Notes: a model not told the origin generated them from the sequence alone. Counted from the first letter of the stretch, positions 1-10,635 are shown. The stretch is DNA of 64,000 bases from a virus (IMGVR_UViG_3300031993_000008:184383-248382); one strand, 5' to 3'. Program-made: numbers and translations.

Positions 1-1
1 T

Positions 2-1126
2 CATTGTGATAACAGAACTTCTGAATATTCTCAGGAATATATCAATATTCTCAATGGTAATTTGGGAGATAAGAGTTATCTGATTAGTGAGGGTGGTATT
101 CCTGTTGACAATGATACTATCAATCCACAAGGAGAAACAAATGTTTATACTCTTCTTGGTAGTAGTAATGCTGATGCAATAGTATTATTCAGAGATAGTA
201 ATGGTGAATTGAAACGTAGGTATCATATAGATAATGAACACACTGCAACTGCTAATGGAGATTATAGTAAGAGTCAGTTTGCTTATGTCCCTCAAGGATT
301 TACCAAAAATAAAATTCTGGATAATGCATTTACATTCAGATATAATCTTCCAAGACAAACTGATTTGTCAAGTCAGCAAATAATGTATGAAACCGGAATA
401 CAGTGGACTGCAGGAAATTATAGTAATGAGCATAATCCCGAAAGTCATCCAGAAAAATGGCCATATTACATACAATATTTCTTCACTATGGATGAGAGTG
501 TGTCTTGGAGTGATGTAACTTCAATGACATCACCATTCATACTTGATGAAATGGATGTTGATTATAAAACTGGTGAAGTGAGGATTTTCTCAACAGTTGA
601 TGGTAATTATAAGAACAAATGGTGGTGGAGACCTGAAAATGTAGGTATTGGAAGGTGGCAGGATGTAACCGGAGGAAAATTCAATGTATTCTTGGATATT
701 TGTGGTACAAGAGATAAAAGAACAGGTTTACTTAAAGATTGTGGAGCTATGATAAGTAAATCAATTGATGCAAATAACACCTCAATAGGTTTGGATATGT
801 TTGTTTCAGGTCCATTGGTTGTATTCTTGAATGGAAGGGTATTTGATACCGCTCTTGATGCTATTAGATTAACAAGATTGAATGGTTCAAGTATTATAAA
901 TTACAGTATGGGATTTGGTAGAAACATCATATTTCCAAGACTTGGAACAATTCCATATAGTGATATAAGTATGATTCCAAAAGTTTTGTTGTCTTTCCCA
1001 ACAACATCAGATATGGTGAGATTTTATAGTTATATGTTCCCAACAGATTCACTTTCAAGGTATGATTTGATATATAATATTTCAAATAGTATTGATAGTT
1101 CAACACCTAAGTTTATAGTTATTTAA
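2..1126 (+). CDS. 5'-truncated hypothetical protein, probably virion/structural
   Basis: Frame is open from position 2 (HCDNRTSEYSQ...) through the tracked ORF 62-1126; beta-rich, aromatic-rich composition; followed by a terminator. Confidence 0.6.
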   Translation, partial: HCDNRTSEYSQEYINILNGNLGDKSYLISEGGIPVDNDTINPQGETNVYTLLGSSNADAIVLFRDSNGELKRRYHIDNEHTATANGDYSKSQFAYVPQGFTKNKILDNAFTFRYNLPRQTDLSSQQIMYETGIQWTAGNYSNEHNPESHPEKWPYYIQYFFTMDESVSWSDVTSMTSPFILDEMDVDYKTGEVRIFSTVDGNYKNKWWWRPENVGIGRWQDVTGGKFNVFLDICGTRDKRTGLLKDCGAMISKSIDANNTSIGLDMFVSGPLVVFLNGRVFDTALDAIRLTRLNGSSIINYSMGFGRNIIFPRLGTIPYSDISMIPKVLLSFPTTSDMVRFYSYMFPTDSLSRYDLIYNISNSIDSSTPKFIVI

Positions 1127-1129
1127 CAG

Positions 1130-1160
1130 AAAACCCAGGAGCCAATCTCCTGGGTTTTTT
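1130..1160. terminator. bidirectional intrinsic terminator
   Basis: AAAACCCAGGAG-ccaat-CTCCTGGGTTTT hairpin between convergent genes. Confidence 0.85.
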
Positions 1161-2658
1161 ACATCTTCAGTTTCTTCACTTCATAAGGGAATCCCTGACT
1201 TTCATATATCTTTATTCTTTCCCTGGCATGTGCCATCTCATAACATCCGGAATAAATGTCATCAGAGATGTCATATATGTTGACGAAATCCTTGTTTATG
1301 TTCTCATTCTTTCTCAATCCTCTACCTATACTCTGGAGGACCGTTGAGATTGACTTGTAACTGCTGACAAAGAATATGTTGAATATCTTGTCAATACTGA
1401 TACCCATTGATGATGTACCGAAACTGGCAATAAGTATGACATCATCCTTTATCTCCATTCTCTTTCTTATCTCCTCACGGACTTTCTTGTCAATGTCACC
1501 ATCAATATAGTATATCATCTTGGTGGTGTTTTCCTTCATCCACTTGAAGAGTTTCTTACCATAGTCCTTATCCTTGAAGAGAACCATTGTGTTCTGCTTG
1601 GTGTTTGCGATGAGTTTCGTAATTATATAGAACCTCTTTTCACTTTCATTGACAAACTTGTTTTCAAGCTGAAACATATCCTTACCCTTACCTGCTTTCA
1701 CAAGATTCTTCTTTGCACCCTTGAATGCCTCTTTCTGTTTATCTGATGTGTAATCAAGTCTTACCTGGTGAATCTTACAGTTGGAAATATAACCTTCTTC
1801 CTGGAGTTGTTTTGCAGTGATGTTGACCATAATGGGTCCGAAGTTGGAGATGAGTGTAAGACCATCAGCATACTTTGTTGCCGGGATGGTACCTGACAGA
1901 CCAATCCTGTATGGAAACTTACACATATCCATAATCTTGATCTGTGATGCACAGCAGGCCTTGTGTACCTCATCTGTGAGAACTACATCAAACTGGTTGA
2001 AGAATGAAGCACATTCTTCACGGAGAGACTGATATGTTCCTATATAGATGTTGGCATTTGGTGTTGCCTTGCATCCGGAGAATATCTGCTGAATCTTGAT
2101 GTCCAGTTTTCCATTGTTGTATTCTGTGAAGTCTGCTGTTGGTTGGAGTACAAGATCCACACTCGGTACAACCATCATTATCTTCTTTATATTCCTGTGT
2201 GTGAGAAGCCAGGCAAATATCATAAAGGCTATAAATGTCTTACCGGCAGATGTGGCAAGTTGAAGCATACATCTCCTGTACTTCAGTCCCTTATATGCAG
2301 AATCAATCTGGTAATATCTGGGTTTCTTCTTTGCATCCTTGAAGAAATCATCACACCATTCCTTGAACTCATCATAATCAATGTCATTGTCAAAGAGGGT
2401 GTCAAGACCTTCAATCTCACAAGAGAACCCAAACTGTTCACATATACTGAAAAGGTAATTGTATGAAGTGGCAGGAAGATACTTACCCCTCATAAAATTA
2501 ATCTTACCATCCCAGCTTCCAGCCTTGAACTGCGGAGACCATCTGGCATTCTTGACATCTTTGTTAAAGGAGATGCACAACTGGTCATATTCCAGCTGTG
2601 TACACTCATCAATTACAAGATATTCTTTTGTGTCATCTATGTGTAACTTCATAGGCAA
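1159..2658 (-). CDS. uvsW: UvsW-like SF2 DNA helicase
   Basis: ATSAGKT Walker A, DEVH, GLSGT, QSIGRGLR, T4 UvsW-like N-terminal WDGKI motif; 499 aa. Confidence 0.9.
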   Translation of the reverse strand: MPMKLHIDDTKEYLVIDECTQLEYDQLCISFNKDVKNARWSPQFKAGSWDGKINFMRGKYLPATSYNYLFSICEQFGFSCEIEGLDTLFDNDIDYDEFKEWCDDFFKDAKKKPRYYQIDSAYKGLKYRRCMLQLATSAGKTFIAFMIFAWLLTHRNIKKIMMVVPSVDLVLQPTADFTEYNNGKLDIKIQQIFSGCKATPNANIYIGTYQSLREECASFFNQFDVVLTDEVHKACCASQIKIMDMCKFPYRIGLSGTIPATKYADGLTLISNFGPIMVNITAKQLQEEGYISNCKIHQVRLDYTSDKQKEAFKGAKKNLVKAGKGKDMFQLENKFVNESEKRFYIITKLIANTKQNTMVLFKDKDYGKKLFKWMKENTTKMIYYIDGDIDKKVREEIRKRMEIKDDVILIASFGTSSMGISIDKIFNIFFVSSYKSISTVLQSIGRGLRKNENINKDFVNIYDISDDIYSGCYEMAHARERIKIYESQGFPYEVKKLKM

Positions 2659-2728
2659 ATTCTTAATCTAAATATAACAAAAAAGGTAAAATGTACTTGT
2701 TCAGAAGACATTCTACCCATCATTGTAT

Positions 2729-4441
2729 TTATGATTTTTTTGAATTGAAATACTGTTTTCTTTCATCCAGAATCTCATTCATCCTTTGTCTTTCCTCATC
2801 TGTCAGTTCATTGGATTCAGCAATGAATCTTTTCAGACTTCCCATTGATATTGCCCTTATCCTGAGTTCTTTGAGACATCTGTTCACTTCATTCAGGAGT
2901 TCCTTCCTGGTTATCTTTGTACTGGTGTTCTTTATCTTATCCACCATAAACAGTTTTATCTCCTTCTTTTTCCATCTTGACCTCTGTGATTTTTCTCTGT
3001 CCTCATTGGTGTAGGAAACGTTATTGATGTTCTGCATTGAATAATCCCAGGCAGAATTGAATGTCTTCTTGAACTCACCGGTTGTAAATGATGATATGTT
3101 GGTGGTTTCGGGCCAAACTCCATCATAAAACTCATCAGTCTTCTTGAACTCCTGATAGACAATATCATAAACCTCTCTTCTGAATTTGTCAAACTGCTCA
3201 TGTGAGAGTTTGTGTATATCCTCTTTGTTCCGGTATCCATATTTCTTTGACACATCCAGAACAGCATATCTTGTAAATGAAAGTACAAATGCATTTCTGG
3301 ATTTACCGAACTTCCTTATCTTCTTGGGTTTATTTTCTATTTTATTATCCTGGCTGATTTCAGATACATCATTTGCATCCTCAATCTTCATAACTTTCTT
3401 CTCTGTGACTTTCTTCACCAGGGGATCCATCAGTCCAGACAACTTTCCACACCATTCCTGGAAATCAGGTGCATTTTCAAAATAAAGTTTCCTTTTCTCC
3501 TTTGATGAGAATATCTCCAACATATCATTCCTTGAGAGATATTTGATTTCTCCATCAGAGTAATATGGCATTTTCAGTTCCAGGTCATATATACCCATCA
3601 ATGCAGACATAGGATTCTTTGCCTTCCAGAATGTGTAGTTGGTATCACCGAACTTTTTCTTCTTGCTTATGTTACATAATGCCAAGGTGATACGTCTGTA
3701 CTGTACTCCCAGTTTGGATATTTCAGTGAAATCAACTTTCCTGTAATCAAGTTCCTTATTCTTTTCAGAGTCATTCTTCAGTTCATTGATGATACTGTTG
3801 ACAACCTCCATATTGATGTTTTTGTACTGGAGGTTCTGTATCAACCATTGGAGTTGAACATGGTTTGACTGGTGGTTGAATATAAAGAAATCAGGGAGTG
3901 CATCATACTTTGCAAACAGGAGAAGGATGTTGTTGAGTTCCTCTTCATTGTCAGGTCTGGTGCAATCCACATCAATATCCATCACCATAAGGTTTCTGGT
4001 GATTCTGTTGTATCCTGTACCTATTGCAGTGTAGTTCCTGTATTCATAGCAGAGATCCAGGAAGTTGTTTATCTTCTTGTTTTTCATCTCTCCGGCAGTG
4101 ATTCTCTTTGACGGTTCATTTTTGGTTTTGGAGATATCATTGCTCTTCACTGAATACTCCACAAGTACATTGACATATGTACTTATACTGTTCCTGTACA
4201 TTGCCCTCTTTGGGTCTACAAAATATGCATTGGTCTCATCTGCCTTGTATGCCAAAAAGAAACTGTTGTCCCTTCTGAGATATACCGGTCTGAATGTATA
4301 ATCCTTGAATGACTCATCTGTCCATCTTGAATCCTCCATCTTGAATGTCCAGGTGGAAGGATCTATCTTGGATGGTTTGTCCACATGAATCTTGAAGAGA
4401 TCATTACTTGTTCTTAATATTTCCTTTAGGGTTTTTGGCAT
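2729..4441 (-). CDS. ColE2-type replicase/primase-like (AEP) replication protein
   Basis: LMVMDID (DxD), P-x-F-FIFNHQSNHVQLQW and GDTNYTFWKAKNP resemble ColE2 Rep/Replicase motifs; basic helical C-terminus. Confidence 0.6.
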   Translation of the reverse strand: MPKTLKEILRTSNDLFKIHVDKPSKIDPSTWTFKMEDSRWTDESFKDYTFRPVYLRRDNSFFLAYKADETNAYFVDPKRAMYRNSISTYVNVLVEYSVKSNDISKTKNEPSKRITAGEMKNKKINNFLDLCYEYRNYTAIGTGYNRITRNLMVMDIDVDCTRPDNEEELNNILLLFAKYDALPDFFIFNHQSNHVQLQWLIQNLQYKNINMEVVNSIINELKNDSEKNKELDYRKVDFTEISKLGVQYRRITLALCNISKKKKFGDTNYTFWKAKNPMSALMGIYDLELKMPYYSDGEIKYLSRNDMLEIFSSKEKRKLYFENAPDFQEWCGKLSGLMDPLVKKVTEKKVMKIEDANDVSEISQDNKIENKPKKIRKFGKSRNAFVLSFTRYAVLDVSKKYGYRNKEDIHKLSHEQFDKFRREVYDIVYQEFKKTDEFYDGVWPETTNISSFTTGEFKKTFNSAWDYSMQNINNVSYTNEDREKSQRSRWKKKEIKLFMVDKIKNTSTKITRKELLNEVNRCLKELRIRAISMGSLKRFIAESNELTDEERQRMNEILDERKQYFNSKKS

Positions 4442-4480
4442 AAATATTTTATATTGTAGTGTATTAAAAATAACAATAAT

Positions 4481-5233
4481 ATGAAAAAATTTGGAGAAAT
4501 TTTAAATGAAGGTGCATGGGGTTATGAACCTGATGAAAATGATGGTACTCTTGACTTGAGAGGTGATATATTGTTTTCAATATGTGAACTGGTTTATGAC
4601 AAGTGTTCCAATCCTACAGATACACAAGTTGCCTGGGAAAATCTCGGTGCAATTGAATCTTTCTTTGAAGAATTTACAAAAATAGAGGATTTCAGTCTTG
4701 GTGACAAGGAGTTTAACAAATACTATTACTGGTGGAGACTTATTGACAAGAAGAAGACCAAGAACATTGTCTTACTTTATGAAAAACTTCTTAATATGTG
4801 CAAGAAGGATGATAAGTGGATTGATGACTGGTCAGAACCGGATAAAATGAAGGAATCATTGAATAAGAGAGAGGAAGTCCTTGAAAGATGGAAGAAACTC
4901 CTTTCAGACAGGACAGAATATGAGAAAGAACTGAAGAATAAAAGAAACACAACAAAACAGGCGGAAGCAACAACTGAAGTTGTTGAGGGTATCCAGGAGA
5001 GTAAAAGCAACCCCAATGATTGGCCTGATGTAAAAACTCTTGGTAGTGGTTCATTTGAAGGTATCCTCTGGGGTCACTGTTTCCTTTACAATGAGCAGAA
5101 ATATTATTCTGAAATGGGATGGAGGAACTGTTATCCATCATACTGCAAGATGATAATTGAAAATGACAGTGTATTTCCGGAACAGGTTGATATATATCAG
5201 AGACCTAATTTAAGAAAGTTGTTTGATGAATAA
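4481..5233 (+). CDS. putative internal head protein
   Basis: N-terminal MKKFGEILNEG leader; CATAAATA at 4439. Confidence 0.5.
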   Translation: MKKFGEILNEGAWGYEPDENDGTLDLRGDILFSICELVYDKCSNPTDTQVAWENLGAIESFFEEFTKIEDFSLGDKEFNKYYYWWRLIDKKKTKNIVLLYEKLLNMCKKDDKWIDDWSEPDKMKESLNKREEVLERWKKLLSDRTEYEKELKNKRNTTKQAEATTEVVEGIQESKSNPNDWPDVKTLGSGSFEGILWGHCFLYNEQKYYSEMGWRNCYPSYCKMIIENDSVFPEQVDIYQRPNLRKLFDE

Positions 5234-5795
5234 GTATGATATTCTTGAATGGTCAGACTATTTTGAGAAGGCCGGTGGAGTGGTAAATCCCAAGACAGAC
5301 TTCCTGGAGAGTAACAGTATTGTTCTCTATCCGGGAAGATTCTATGTACTTGAGTATATGGCAAAGACAAAGGAGAGGTTCAATTCCAGACCGGTCATTA
5401 TCAGTATGGGTGTCAGTAAGAAAGAACCGGATTCATTCCTTTGTGTTGACCTCTGTGTGATGCCGGTCCAGGTCCGCAGAAGATTCCTTGAGATGTATTT
5501 CAACATTTACAAGAGGGAGATAATGGACAACATTGACAAATACTACCTGGTGGAAGATGCAGACAAACAGTCCTGGATGAAGAGTTTCAATTATGAGAAT
5601 TTATGTAAGTCAATGCCAATGCTTCCCATCAAGAATGCCATCAAGAGATACAAGATAGAGAACACATATAGGATTTATTCACTTCCTTTCAGTGGTGTCT
5701 ATAAGGTTATTGGCAAGTTCTGTGATGAAAATTATTATGTAAATGGACACATAAAAGAAGTTCAGAAGGAATTTATTGACAAAATGAGGAAGTAA
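5223..5795 (+). CDS. T4 gp2-like DNA end protector protein
   Basis: PGRFYVLEY..K....RPVII...FLCVDL..MP..VR resembles the gp2 pattern; similar length. Confidence 0.55.
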   Translation: MMNKYDILEWSDYFEKAGGVVNPKTDFLESNSIVLYPGRFYVLEYMAKTKERFNSRPVIISMGVSKKEPDSFLCVDLCVMPVQVRRRFLEMYFNIYKREIMDNIDKYYLVEDADKQSWMKSFNYENLCKSMPMLPIKNAIKRYKIENTYRIYSLPFSGVYKVIGKFCDENYYVNGHIKEVQKEFIDKMRK

Positions 5796-5812
5796 TTTGT
5801 TATATTTACAAT

Positions 5813-6106
5813 ATGACATTCGAAGAATTAAAACAAGAGTTTATTGACAAGGGTTTCCAGGTTGATGGAGACTCTTTTGTTCATGAGTTTGAGGATCCCA
5901 ACACAACCATCAATGGTGTCCATCCCAAACAGAGATTTGAGATGACCTATATCTATGAGGGTTGGATGAAAGATTCCGGTGATTCTGATTCAGATTCTGA
6001 TGATGGTGAACCATTGTATGAGTTTGCTGTATTGGGTCAGAACAAAGAACCTGCATTTATGATATGTATAGGTAGTTTTGAAGACTTCACAGAACTTGTA
6101 AGATGA
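5813..6106 (+). CDS. hypothetical acidic protein
   Basis: 97-aa ORF after TTGTTATATTT motif; DSGDSDSDSDD tract. Confidence 0.6.
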   Translation: MTFEELKQEFIDKGFQVDGDSFVHEFEDPNTTINGVHPKQRFEMTYIYEGWMKDSGDSDSDSDDGEPLYEFAVLGQNKEPAFMICIGSFEDFTELVR

Positions 6107-6324
6107 AAAGGATATTCAGGTTCATAAAAGCATTGTGGAGATACATATTGTATGGTAACAGGGTTTCCTTTATGTTGTATGTATCAAGACTGGATGAATG
6201 TTGCAAGTGTAAGGACTTTGGAACAGATGACAACCCTGACAAATGGGTTTGTGGAAAGTGTGGTTGTTATGTGACAAAGAAAGCAAAGATGTCAACAGAG
6301 AGATGTCCAAAAGGCAGATGGTGA
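6103..6324 (+). CDS. small Cys-rich protein (DUF6171-like)
   Basis: RL..CxxC...CxxCGC...K.K...CP.G.W. Confidence 0.6.
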   Translation: MKRIFRFIKALWRYILYGNRVSFMLYVSRLDECCKCKDFGTDDNPDKWVCGKCGCYVTKKAKMSTERCPKGRW

Positions 6325-6373
6325 TGAGCATTCATCACCATTTTTCATAAATACCTTATAATAGTATGTACTT

Positions 6374-8479
6374 ATGAATAATATAAAGAGTTTTGATGAG
6401 TTTACAGGTCATGAACTTGAACAAATGGTTTATGAGCAGGAACTTAATGAAGGAAGTATAATGGGTAAAGGCATCAGGGGTTTCTTCAATAAGAGAGCTG
6501 CCGGTAAGGTAAGGGCAGAACTTGCTGAAGAGATTGATATGAGTAAGTCCATTATGGATGGTATCAAGCAGGGTCTTGAGGAACTGAACAAAAACTTTGA
6601 TGTAATAAGAGACAAGATTGATAAATCTGATGATAAAGTTAAGGGTGAAAAACAGAAGACTCTTGATGCCATTATGAAGATTCTTGAGGATTCTAGAAAG
6701 AACACCTGGGACTTGAATGAACTTATTGATGAGGGTGAGATTGATTATACAGGTTTCACTGCCAATGTTGGTATTGCAACAGTAGCATATTTTGGTATTC
6801 TTCTCACTCCATTCAGGGCTGCTGTTATGGTTCATAAGGGATATAACTATTTCTTCAACATTGTTAAGAACACAATCAGAAAATCTCTTGTAATGTTACA
6901 GTTGAACTTTGACCAGTTTGAAAACCTTATTATTACACAGGGATTCAAGAGTGCCGGATATATCCAGGCTGATGATTCTGCCCAGAAGATTTCAGAATTT
7001 TATGGAAGTATCAATGCACAACTTTTTGGTGAGAAAGGTTCATTGAAAGGTAAGAGAGGAAGTAGAGAACTGGAGATGAAACTTAAGTCTGCAAAACAGC
7101 AGTTTGATCAGCAGATGAAAGCAGATAAACAGTTCCAGCAGGCTGATAATGCATATAATTGTCTTGATATGTACAATAATACTTACACAAAGTCATTGGA
7201 GGCATTGAGACAGTATTCTGGTGATGATGTTCAGAAACATCTTGATGCAATCAAGACATCAATGACCAAACTTGCTGGTCAAGAGGTTGATTTACAAACA
7301 TATGCGGAATTACTTATCGCAACCGCAGAGGAACATGCATATAAGGTATCTTCTTCAATTTATAATAAATTTGCAAAGATGACTGAAGTATTCAGTCTTC
7401 CTAATCAACAGAAACTTCTTGACTTGATTCTTGAAGCAAACAAGGAGAATGAAAGTGCAGCAAAGAAACTGAAGAAAGAAAAGAGGGAAGAAAAGAAACT
7501 CAAGGAAGCAATTGAAGAAAACAATAAGAAAGAATCAGAAGGTCTTGATGTATTCAAATCAATTGATGGGGTTGAGATTGGTGAGATAGATGATGAGACA
7601 AAGAAATATGACAAGTCAAAAATATCAAATGCCAAAGACTGGACATATGAGAAATATTCTGAACTTGATGATGACAAGAAAGAGATGCTTGGTACCTGGC
7701 TGATGATGCATCCGGAAGTCCTCAAAGAATGTGATGAGACTCTCCAGGTTGCAATAAACATACCTTTCAATGACACATCTTATATTGATTCACTCATTGA
7801 TTATGTTGGACCATATATCAAAGAGAAAGAAATCAAGAAAGTGAGAGAATCATACTTTATGAACTTTGACCAGTTTGTTTTTGAAAGCGAAGGTTCAAAG
7901 GAAGAATATGAAATGTCAGAAGATGACAAGAAGAAGTTTGATGATGAGTTTGATAAATTAGAACCAGACGATATGAATAAGGATGATTTACTCAAACTGA
8001 TGTTTGGTGATGAGTATGATGATCCCGATGACATTAAAAAAGATTCTGAAAGTAGGGTTAAATTGGATTATTTGATTGGAAAGTGTGAGAAAGTTGCAGA
8101 ATTTCCTGATTCAATATTGAATGATTTGAAAAATATCAGAAAGGGTCTTGATTCCGAAGGAACAAAAAATTCAAAGTATTACATTACATTTGGAGATCTC
8201 AATGACAATCAGATTGATGACCTCAAAGAATTGTATGAAAATGAGGAAGTTTCAATAGTAGCACTTAAAGTTATCGGTGAAAAGGTTCTCAATGATAAGA
8301 CATTCAAGAAAAACAGTAAACTTATTGTAGAAACAATCAACAAGTGTATTGAGTCAAAGAGAGAGAAGATTTCACTTATGACATATAATCTTCTTAAAAA
8401 GAGTATTGAGAAGTTGGATGATTTGAGAAATCATGATTACATATCAGTAGAAAATGAAAAAGAAAAGAGTGAGGATTAA
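6374..8479 (+). CDS. large acidic/coiled-coil putative internal virion (ejection) protein
   Basis: MNNIKSFDEF...ELNEG leader, second internal leader-like segment (MNFDQFVFESE), one hydrophobic segment; CATAAATA at 6346. Confidence 0.55.
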   Translation: MNNIKSFDEFTGHELEQMVYEQELNEGSIMGKGIRGFFNKRAAGKVRAELAEEIDMSKSIMDGIKQGLEELNKNFDVIRDKIDKSDDKVKGEKQKTLDAIMKILEDSRKNTWDLNELIDEGEIDYTGFTANVGIATVAYFGILLTPFRAAVMVHKGYNYFFNIVKNTIRKSLVMLQLNFDQFENLIITQGFKSAGYIQADDSAQKISEFYGSINAQLFGEKGSLKGKRGSRELEMKLKSAKQQFDQQMKADKQFQQADNAYNCLDMYNNTYTKSLEALRQYSGDDVQKHLDAIKTSMTKLAGQEVDLQTYAELLIATAEEHAYKVSSSIYNKFAKMTEVFSLPNQQKLLDLILEANKENESAAKKLKKEKREEKKLKEAIEENNKKESEGLDVFKSIDGVEIGEIDDETKKYDKSKISNAKDWTYEKYSELDDDKKEMLGTWLMMHPEVLKECDETLQVAINIPFNDTSYIDSLIDYVGPYIKEKEIKKVRESYFMNFDQFVFESEGSKEEYEMSEDDKKKFDDEFDKLEPDDMNKDDLLKLMFGDEYDDPDDIKKDSESRVKLDYLIGKCEKVAEFPDSILNDLKNIRKGLDSEGTKNSKYYITFGDLNDNQIDDLKELYENEEVSIVALKVIGEKVLNDKTFKKNSKLIVETINKCIESKREKISLMTYNLLKKSIEKLDDLRNHDYISVENEKEKSED

Positions 8480-8495
8480 ACCTCACTCTTTTTTA
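8464..8495. terminator. bidirectional terminator
   Basis: AAAGAGTGAGG-attaaa-CCTCACTCTTTTT. Confidence 0.8.
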
Positions 8496-9221
8496 TTCAA
8501 TATCAAACATGTCTTTCAGTTTCTGTACAAATTCAGGTTTCCTCATACTTGAATTGTAATAACCTACCCATCTCTTGTCGCCCCAGTATGTTTCTCCGGA
8601 TGTACAATGATACTCATCAAAATTGGGAACACCCTTTTCATTTATGAAGTTGTAATACAGATCATAGATGGTGATACCTGTCTCTGTCTTGTATGGGAAC
8701 TTGTTACACATCCTGATGAACTTGTACTTATTCATTGGACTTGGGATATGTGGATTGAAGAATCTGCATCCTATTCCTTCCCTGGGAAATCTGTTGAAAC
8801 ACTTCACAAGTCTCTTATACCATATCCTGTTCTTTGCCATACTGAGAAACCAGGGAAGTGTTGATTCATTGTAGATCTTCATATACCTTGGTGTTGTGTC
8901 TGACCATTCTGTATCCTTGGTTATGAACTGGTCATCACTCCACATAATGAAATCATCACTCAAATCTGGAACCTTCTCAATTGCTGCCCTCACCTTCTCA
9001 ATGATGTTTGCATCTTTGTCGTGTTTATATATATCATCCTGATACACCCACACAATATCATCACCCAGTTCTTTTATAGGTTCAATTTGGGTGACAATAA
9101 TAATCCTCTTTAAACACTTGAAATACTTCTTGATACTTGCAACTGCAACCTTGATTTCAAAGTTGTCATCATTGTAACTTTTAACTCCAAGAGGTATTAC
9201 AACATCATGCTTTTCCTCCAT
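8493..9221 (-). CDS. Stealth-like / GT-A family sugar(-phosphate) transferase
   Basis: DVVIPL...E.K.A..SI.KY...IIIV; LSDDFIMWSDDQF; HIPSP.NK. Confidence 0.6.
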   Translation of the reverse strand: MEEKHDVVIPLGVKSYNDDNFEIKVAVASIKKYFKCLKRIIIVTQIEPIKELGDDIVWVYQDDIYKHDKDANIIEKVRAAIEKVPDLSDDFIMWSDDQFITKDTEWSDTTPRYMKIYNESTLPWFLSMAKNRIWYKRLVKCFNRFPREGIGCRFFNPHIPSPMNKYKFIRMCNKFPYKTETGITIYDLYYNFINEKGVPNFDEYHCTSGETYWGDKRWVGYYNSSMRKPEFVQKLKDMFDIE

Positions 9222-9281
9222 AAAATATCTATATTAAACATAAATAATGTATACATATTTATGAATAATATTGGTTAGAGC

Positions 9282-10166
9282 ATGCCCAGTATAACAATTC
9301 TCAATCATACACAGAATATGACTCCGAGAAAATCCGGGGAAATAAAATACATCATTCTGCACTATACAGCATCAACAACTTCAGGTTCCGGTGCTGCAAG
9401 GAACTGTGTGACCACATTGGATTCAAGGGGTTATTCAACAGACTTTGTTGTTGATGATTTTGAAATACTCCAGTTTGCCGATGACCCAAAGAGATGGGCA
9501 AGCAAGGCCTGCCAACCCTGGAACAGCAGTGGAACAGTGGCAGGAAAAAATGCTAATAATAACAATTCGGTTTCCATTGAAATGTCATCAACACTTGTTG
9601 GTGGAAAAAAATCAGACTGGGAGGCCAACAACCCAAACTTCAAGTTCACAAATGAGGTTCTTGAAAATACTGCATATCTTTGCAGGATGTTGATTTCCAA
9701 ATACAACATACCCCAGTCAAACATCATCAGACACTTTGATATAATGGGTAAGAGTTGTCCTGGTATTATAGGATGGAATACTGGTGAAGGATCCAACAAT
9801 GATATTCTGTTCCATTCTTTTGTTGAATCCCTTTATAAGAATCTTGACCCGGCATTAGCACAGGCTGATTATAAATATGATAATTACAAGCCCTTGAAAC
9901 CCCAGGGTGTTTCATATGTCAATGATAATGGTGAGACTGTTAATATACCCAATGTTCCAAACAAGGTGTCAATGCTTGCTTCTGCAAAAAAGGCAAATGA
10001 TAATGTCCTGAAACAGGATGATTCAAGGAAAGCAGAATTTGAATCATTGAGAAATACTATGGCAACAAACTCTCCACAGATGGGAAGGGAGATACTCATC
10101 ACTTCAGAACTGTATGATTCAAACATATTGAAGGGAAAACCAGAAACAAAAAAAGAGAGGTTGTAA
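9282..10166 (+). CDS. N-acetylmuramoyl-L-alanine amidase (Amidase_2) with C-terminal extension
   Basis: YIILHYTA, SVSIEM, RHFD..GKSCPG zinc-amidase motifs. Confidence 0.85.
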   Translation: MPSITILNHTQNMTPRKSGEIKYIILHYTASTTSGSGAARNCVTTLDSRGYSTDFVVDDFEILQFADDPKRWASKACQPWNSSGTVAGKNANNNNSVSIEMSSTLVGGKKSDWEANNPNFKFTNEVLENTAYLCRMLISKYNIPQSNIIRHFDIMGKSCPGIIGWNTGEGSNNDILFHSFVESLYKNLDPALAQADYKYDNYKPLKPQGVSYVNDNGETVNIPNVPNKVSMLASAKKANDNVLKQDDSRKAEFESLRNTMATNSPQMGREILITSELYDSNILKGKPETKKERL

Positions 10167-10180
10167 CCTCTCTTTTCTTT
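10150..10180. terminator. bidirectional terminator
   Basis: AAAAGAGAGGTT-gt-AACCTCTCTTTT. Confidence 0.75.
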
Positions 10181-10635
10181 TATACCAACTGTTGTGAAAG
10201 TATTTCCAGTTTGTTTCTCACTGCAAATCCGAAATTGTCCAGGGTCTTGACACATTCCTCAAAATAAGTAATCTGTGTTCTTATCATATTGACCTGCTGT
10301 TTCAAGGCAACACAATCTGCACTTACAAATGAGTTTTTTTCAGCTGAACTGAGTTTGATGTCATAACTCAAACAGTAATCTCTGAATCTCGATGTCATCT
10401 GGGTTTCCAATTTTCCCTGTCTCTTGTCAAGGAGGATTCTGTAGTCTGCCAGTTTTTCCTGAACCTGCTGACGGTATGACAACTGGAATACCTGAGCTTC
10501 TGAAAGTTTCCTGTTATCCTTCATCATATCTATGAGTTCAATAACCTTGGTCTTCCAGTTATCTCTTTCCTTTTTCAAATCATCTTCCAGTTTTGTATTC
10601 TGTTCAACTGTCTTCTTATCATCCAATGGTTTCAT
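10180..10635 (-). CDS. uvsY: UvsY-like recombination mediator
   Basis: 151-aa helical protein ending YFEECVKTLDNFGFAVRNKLEI, like the UvsY C-terminal GF.IKN.IE motif. Confidence 0.65.
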   Translation of the reverse strand: MKPLDDKKTVEQNTKLEDDLKKERDNWKTKVIELIDMMKDNRKLSEAQVFQLSYRQQVQEKLADYRILLDKRQGKLETQMTSRFRDYCLSYDIKLSSAEKNSFVSADCVALKQQVNMIRTQITYFEECVKTLDNFGFAVRNKLEILSQQLV

